The position numbers and the translations under genes were made by a program. A model generated the notes under the pieces. That model ran no database searches. It worked only from the letters and a program-made list of their open reading frames with translations, and was not told the DNA's origin. This document shows, piece after piece, positions 61,769 to 64,000 of a DNA stretch of 64,000 nt. The stretch is taken from contig JBQLZK010000008.1 of NCBI GenBank assembly GCA_052168235.1, forward strand, positions 64,001-128,000, read 5' to 3'. The DNA is from Thainema sp. (GTDB lineage Bacteria; Cyanobacteriota; Cyanobacteriia; Phormidesmidales; Phormidesmidaceae). Positions within the stretch are counted from its first letter, which is position 1; each line of letters opens with the position of its first letter.

Positions 61769-62206
61769 ATGGAACCCTCTGCTCCTAACTCAGATCAATC
61801 AGCTCAACCGTTTGTGCGCGATCGCAACTTCAATCAATCGGTAAAGCGCCTGCATCAACTTATGGTCATTAGCCGCTGGGGCGTCGTCCTGTTGCTGTGG
61901 CTCCTGGTTGGCTTACCCAGCATTGCTCTGTTTTGGTCGTCGGAAATTTCCCTCTGGGTGGAATACTTCACCTGGGCAGCGGTGCGCTATAGCCTGGCCT
62001 ACAATACGCCATTTGCGATCGCGCTTGCTCTCTGCATTGGCTCAACCACCGCTGTCTTAATTTGGCAAAGCCGCAATATTCTCTTGGGCATTCCCGCTAA
62101 AGAGCAACAGCGCCTAGAAAATCAGGTCATGCACATCTATCGCCAAGGCCACAGCCATCCCCTCTGGAACTGGGTTATCAATGGTAAATCACCTTGGAAA
62201 GGCTAG
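61769..62206 (+). CDS. Conserved cyanobacterial membrane protein
   Basis: YFTWAAVRY, QSRNILLG, QG.SHPLW.WV. Confidence 0.75.
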   Translation: MEPSAPNSDQSAQPFVRDRNFNQSVKRLHQLMVISRWGVVLLLWLLVGLPSIALFWSSEISLWVEYFTWAAVRYSLAYNTPFAIALALCIGSTTAVLIWQSRNILLGIPAKEQQRLENQVMHIYRQGHSHPLWNWVINGKSPWKG

Positions 62207-62207
62207 G

Positions 62208-63134
62208 CTAACTAAACCCTAGAAATTGTTTTAAGTCTGGAAGATATCGATCCATAACATCAACATTTTCAAGTAGAAGCTGTCTAAAGATAGCTGATGA
62301 TAGATTTTCACCCGCCAAATTGATAGCTGTTCGACATCTTAAATCTCCATCTTCTAAATCTATCTCAAAATTGCCTATTGATAGGTCATAGTTGAATTGG
62401 GAGATAGATACAGCGCAGGCTTGTCTCCAAGCTTGTGGGATAGGTTCTGGAAATACTGAATATATAGCACACTCGCTTTTTGATTCATCTATTTTGATTA
62501 AACAAATCCAATTTCCATTTTTGCCTTGGTATTTCAATCGCAAGATTTCAGGGTTGACTTCCTCAAACTTACTGTTGCTGCTTTGCAAATAGCCTGAAAT
62601 TTTCGTCTTAATTGAAGAAGGTTGACTCAACTCAAATAAAGAACTAAATTGCTTGGGATTGGCCCAAAATGTCTGGTATCCAAACTTTAGTTCTCCCATT
62701 CCATCTAGCTCTGAAGGCAAATCTTCAAGCTGTTTGAATTCTGAGGCTAGCCAATTTTCAGTAAACAACCAAAAGTTATCTTCAGCATCCCAGCTAATTT
62801 GAATCAAATAATCAGCAATTAGTTCTGGTGCTGAACATTGCTGAAAGAGTGTATTCGTTAACGACGGCTTTAAGAGCAAATGAACCTCAACATCTTGTTG
62901 ATCTAAATCTGCATTTGAATTTATCAGTATCTGGTCAGCCAGTAAATTAAACAATGCTTCTTGTTTGATCGTTTGATAAGATGCATAACTGACATTGACC
63001 ACTATTTTACATGTGGCTGGATTTGCACTGTCCTCATCATGCTCAAGGCTAATCTGAATCAGGCTTGTTTTAAGCCGTTGATTTCGACTAGTTCGAAAAA
63101 TTAAATCAGCCTGCAAATTGTGCTTACTTTTCAT
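62208..63134 (-). CDS. YbjN-domain protein (AT-rich)
   Basis: C-terminal YQGKNGNWIC...NYDLSIGNFEIDLEDGDLRCRTAI...MDRYLP. Confidence 0.8.
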   Translation of the reverse strand: MKSKHNLQADLIFRTSRNQRLKTSLIQISLEHDEDSANPATCKIVVNVSYASYQTIKQEALFNLLADQILINSNADLDQQDVEVHLLLKPSLTNTLFQQCSAPELIADYLIQISWDAEDNFWLFTENWLASEFKQLEDLPSELDGMGELKFGYQTFWANPKQFSSLFELSQPSSIKTKISGYLQSSNSKFEEVNPEILRLKYQGKNGNWICLIKIDESKSECAIYSVFPEPIPQAWRQACAVSISQFNYDLSIGNFEIDLEDGDLRCRTAINLAGENLSSAIFRQLLLENVDVMDRYLPDLKQFLGFS

Positions 63135-63183
63135 TAGAGAACCTCACAAACGAACAGAGAGCAGTAATTCTGTTTTCTAGATA

Positions 63184-63288
63184 TATAGCGATTCTTGCGC
63201 TAATAAAGGAGGAGTTATTTTTTGAAAGCCACGCTCAGCGCGGCTTCCAAAAAATAACTTGTACCCCAGTAGCCCAGGAAAGGCTATC
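63184..63288. repeat. MITE-like element (TATAGC end) with a 23-1-23 hairpin
   Basis: Core AGTTATTTTTTGAAAGCCACGCT-C-AGCGCGGCTTCCAAAAAATAACT at 63213-63259. Confidence 0.65.
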
Positions 63289-63404
63289 TTAATTCCTATA
63301 CAACTGAGGTACGTAGGAATATTTCTCTATTTGTGACCGAGCAACACCTCTGTGTTTCACCTCTACAGTTCACCAGTCCAAGAAACGCTGCCGAATATCC
63401 CATC

Positions 63405-64000
63405 TTAAGGAGTGCTCTGTTGGAATTTATGCTTATATCTCACGAGGCGGACTTTGCTTTCCATTTTTGCAGCAGCACCAAGCGGGCCAAAGTCGACCTC
63501 AAATCCAACTTCTTTTACTCTCTTAACCGCAACTTCAATGGCTCGTTCCCATGCGCCGCCAATATCTTCTCGCTCTTGGCTGTAAGCAACTGCTAATTCC
63601 AACGCTTGTTTAACTTCTAGAATGTCTTCTTCCCCACCCGTGAATCCATCCTCTCGTTTACCAACAGCGCTGACCAGTTTTCCACCAATTGACTCGCTAG
63701 CGTCCCCTGAAATTGACTGAAAATCATTCCCAATCAAAACTAGATCGCTCATGGAACCTACAACTGCGCCTTCCTTTTGGCTCGCTGTGCCTTCAAGCTT
63801 TTGTGCTTTTATGGCAAGTGCACCACCCAGTGAAACGATGACTCGTTGCCACCATTCAGCATCTCCACCAAATTTCGTGGACATACTGCCAGAACCCTCT
63901 GCTTCAAATTCCATGATTCGTTGTGAGAAAGGTATGGATGGAGTAGGTGACTGACTTGGATCAGATTTGGGATTTGGCTTCCATGATAGAGACAGCTCAA
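63405..64000 (-). CDS. C-terminal part of a larger hypothetical protein (5' end outside the window)
   Basis: The frame of ORF 63405..63914 stays open to the window edge (ELSLSWKPNPKSDPSQSPTPSIPFSQRI-MEF...). Confidence 0.6.
   Translation of the reverse strand, partial: ELSLSWKPNPKSDPSQSPTPSIPFSQRIMEFEAEGSGSMSTKFGGDAEWWQRVIVSLGGALAIKAQKLEGTASQKEGAVVGSMSDLVLIGNDFQSISGDASESIGGKLVSAVGKREDGFTGGEEDILEVKQALELAVAYSQEREDIGGAWERAIEVAVKRVKEVGFEVDFGPLGAAAKMESKVRLVRYKHKFQQSTP

Noticed and set aside
1..64000. High frequency of GCGATCGC (HIP1)
   Set aside because: Well-known cyanobacterial genome signature; used only as taxonomic evidence

Overview
A 64-kb piece of a cyanobacterial chromosome, identified by psbO, ftn2/zipN, cyanobacterial pdhAB-secDF and dozens of HIP1 octamers (GCGATCGC). 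It is mostly core genes: RND adaptor, Cry-DASH, PmbA/TldD, SNF2 helicase, U32 protein, psbO, ruvB, bioB, a 12-PAS hybrid kinase, ftn2, pdhA/B and secD/F. Small accessory material is interspersed: a REP-associated tyrosine transposase (RAYT) carrying its own REP inside the gene, several REP/MITE-like hairpin elements, a repeat-delimited AT-rich mini-island at 16.9-19.3 kb, three decayed toxin-antitoxin loci and a doubly broken SMI1/KNR4 pseudogene. The most interesting candidate is the gene pair at 6153-8354, which resembles the bacterial ceramide synthase (bCerS) plus reductase (CerR) module in a phylum where sphingolipid synthesis is not established to my knowledge; no serine palmitoyltransferase gene is in the window. 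I saw no tRNA, rRNA or CRISPR array. All family calls come from motif recognition by eye, not database searches.
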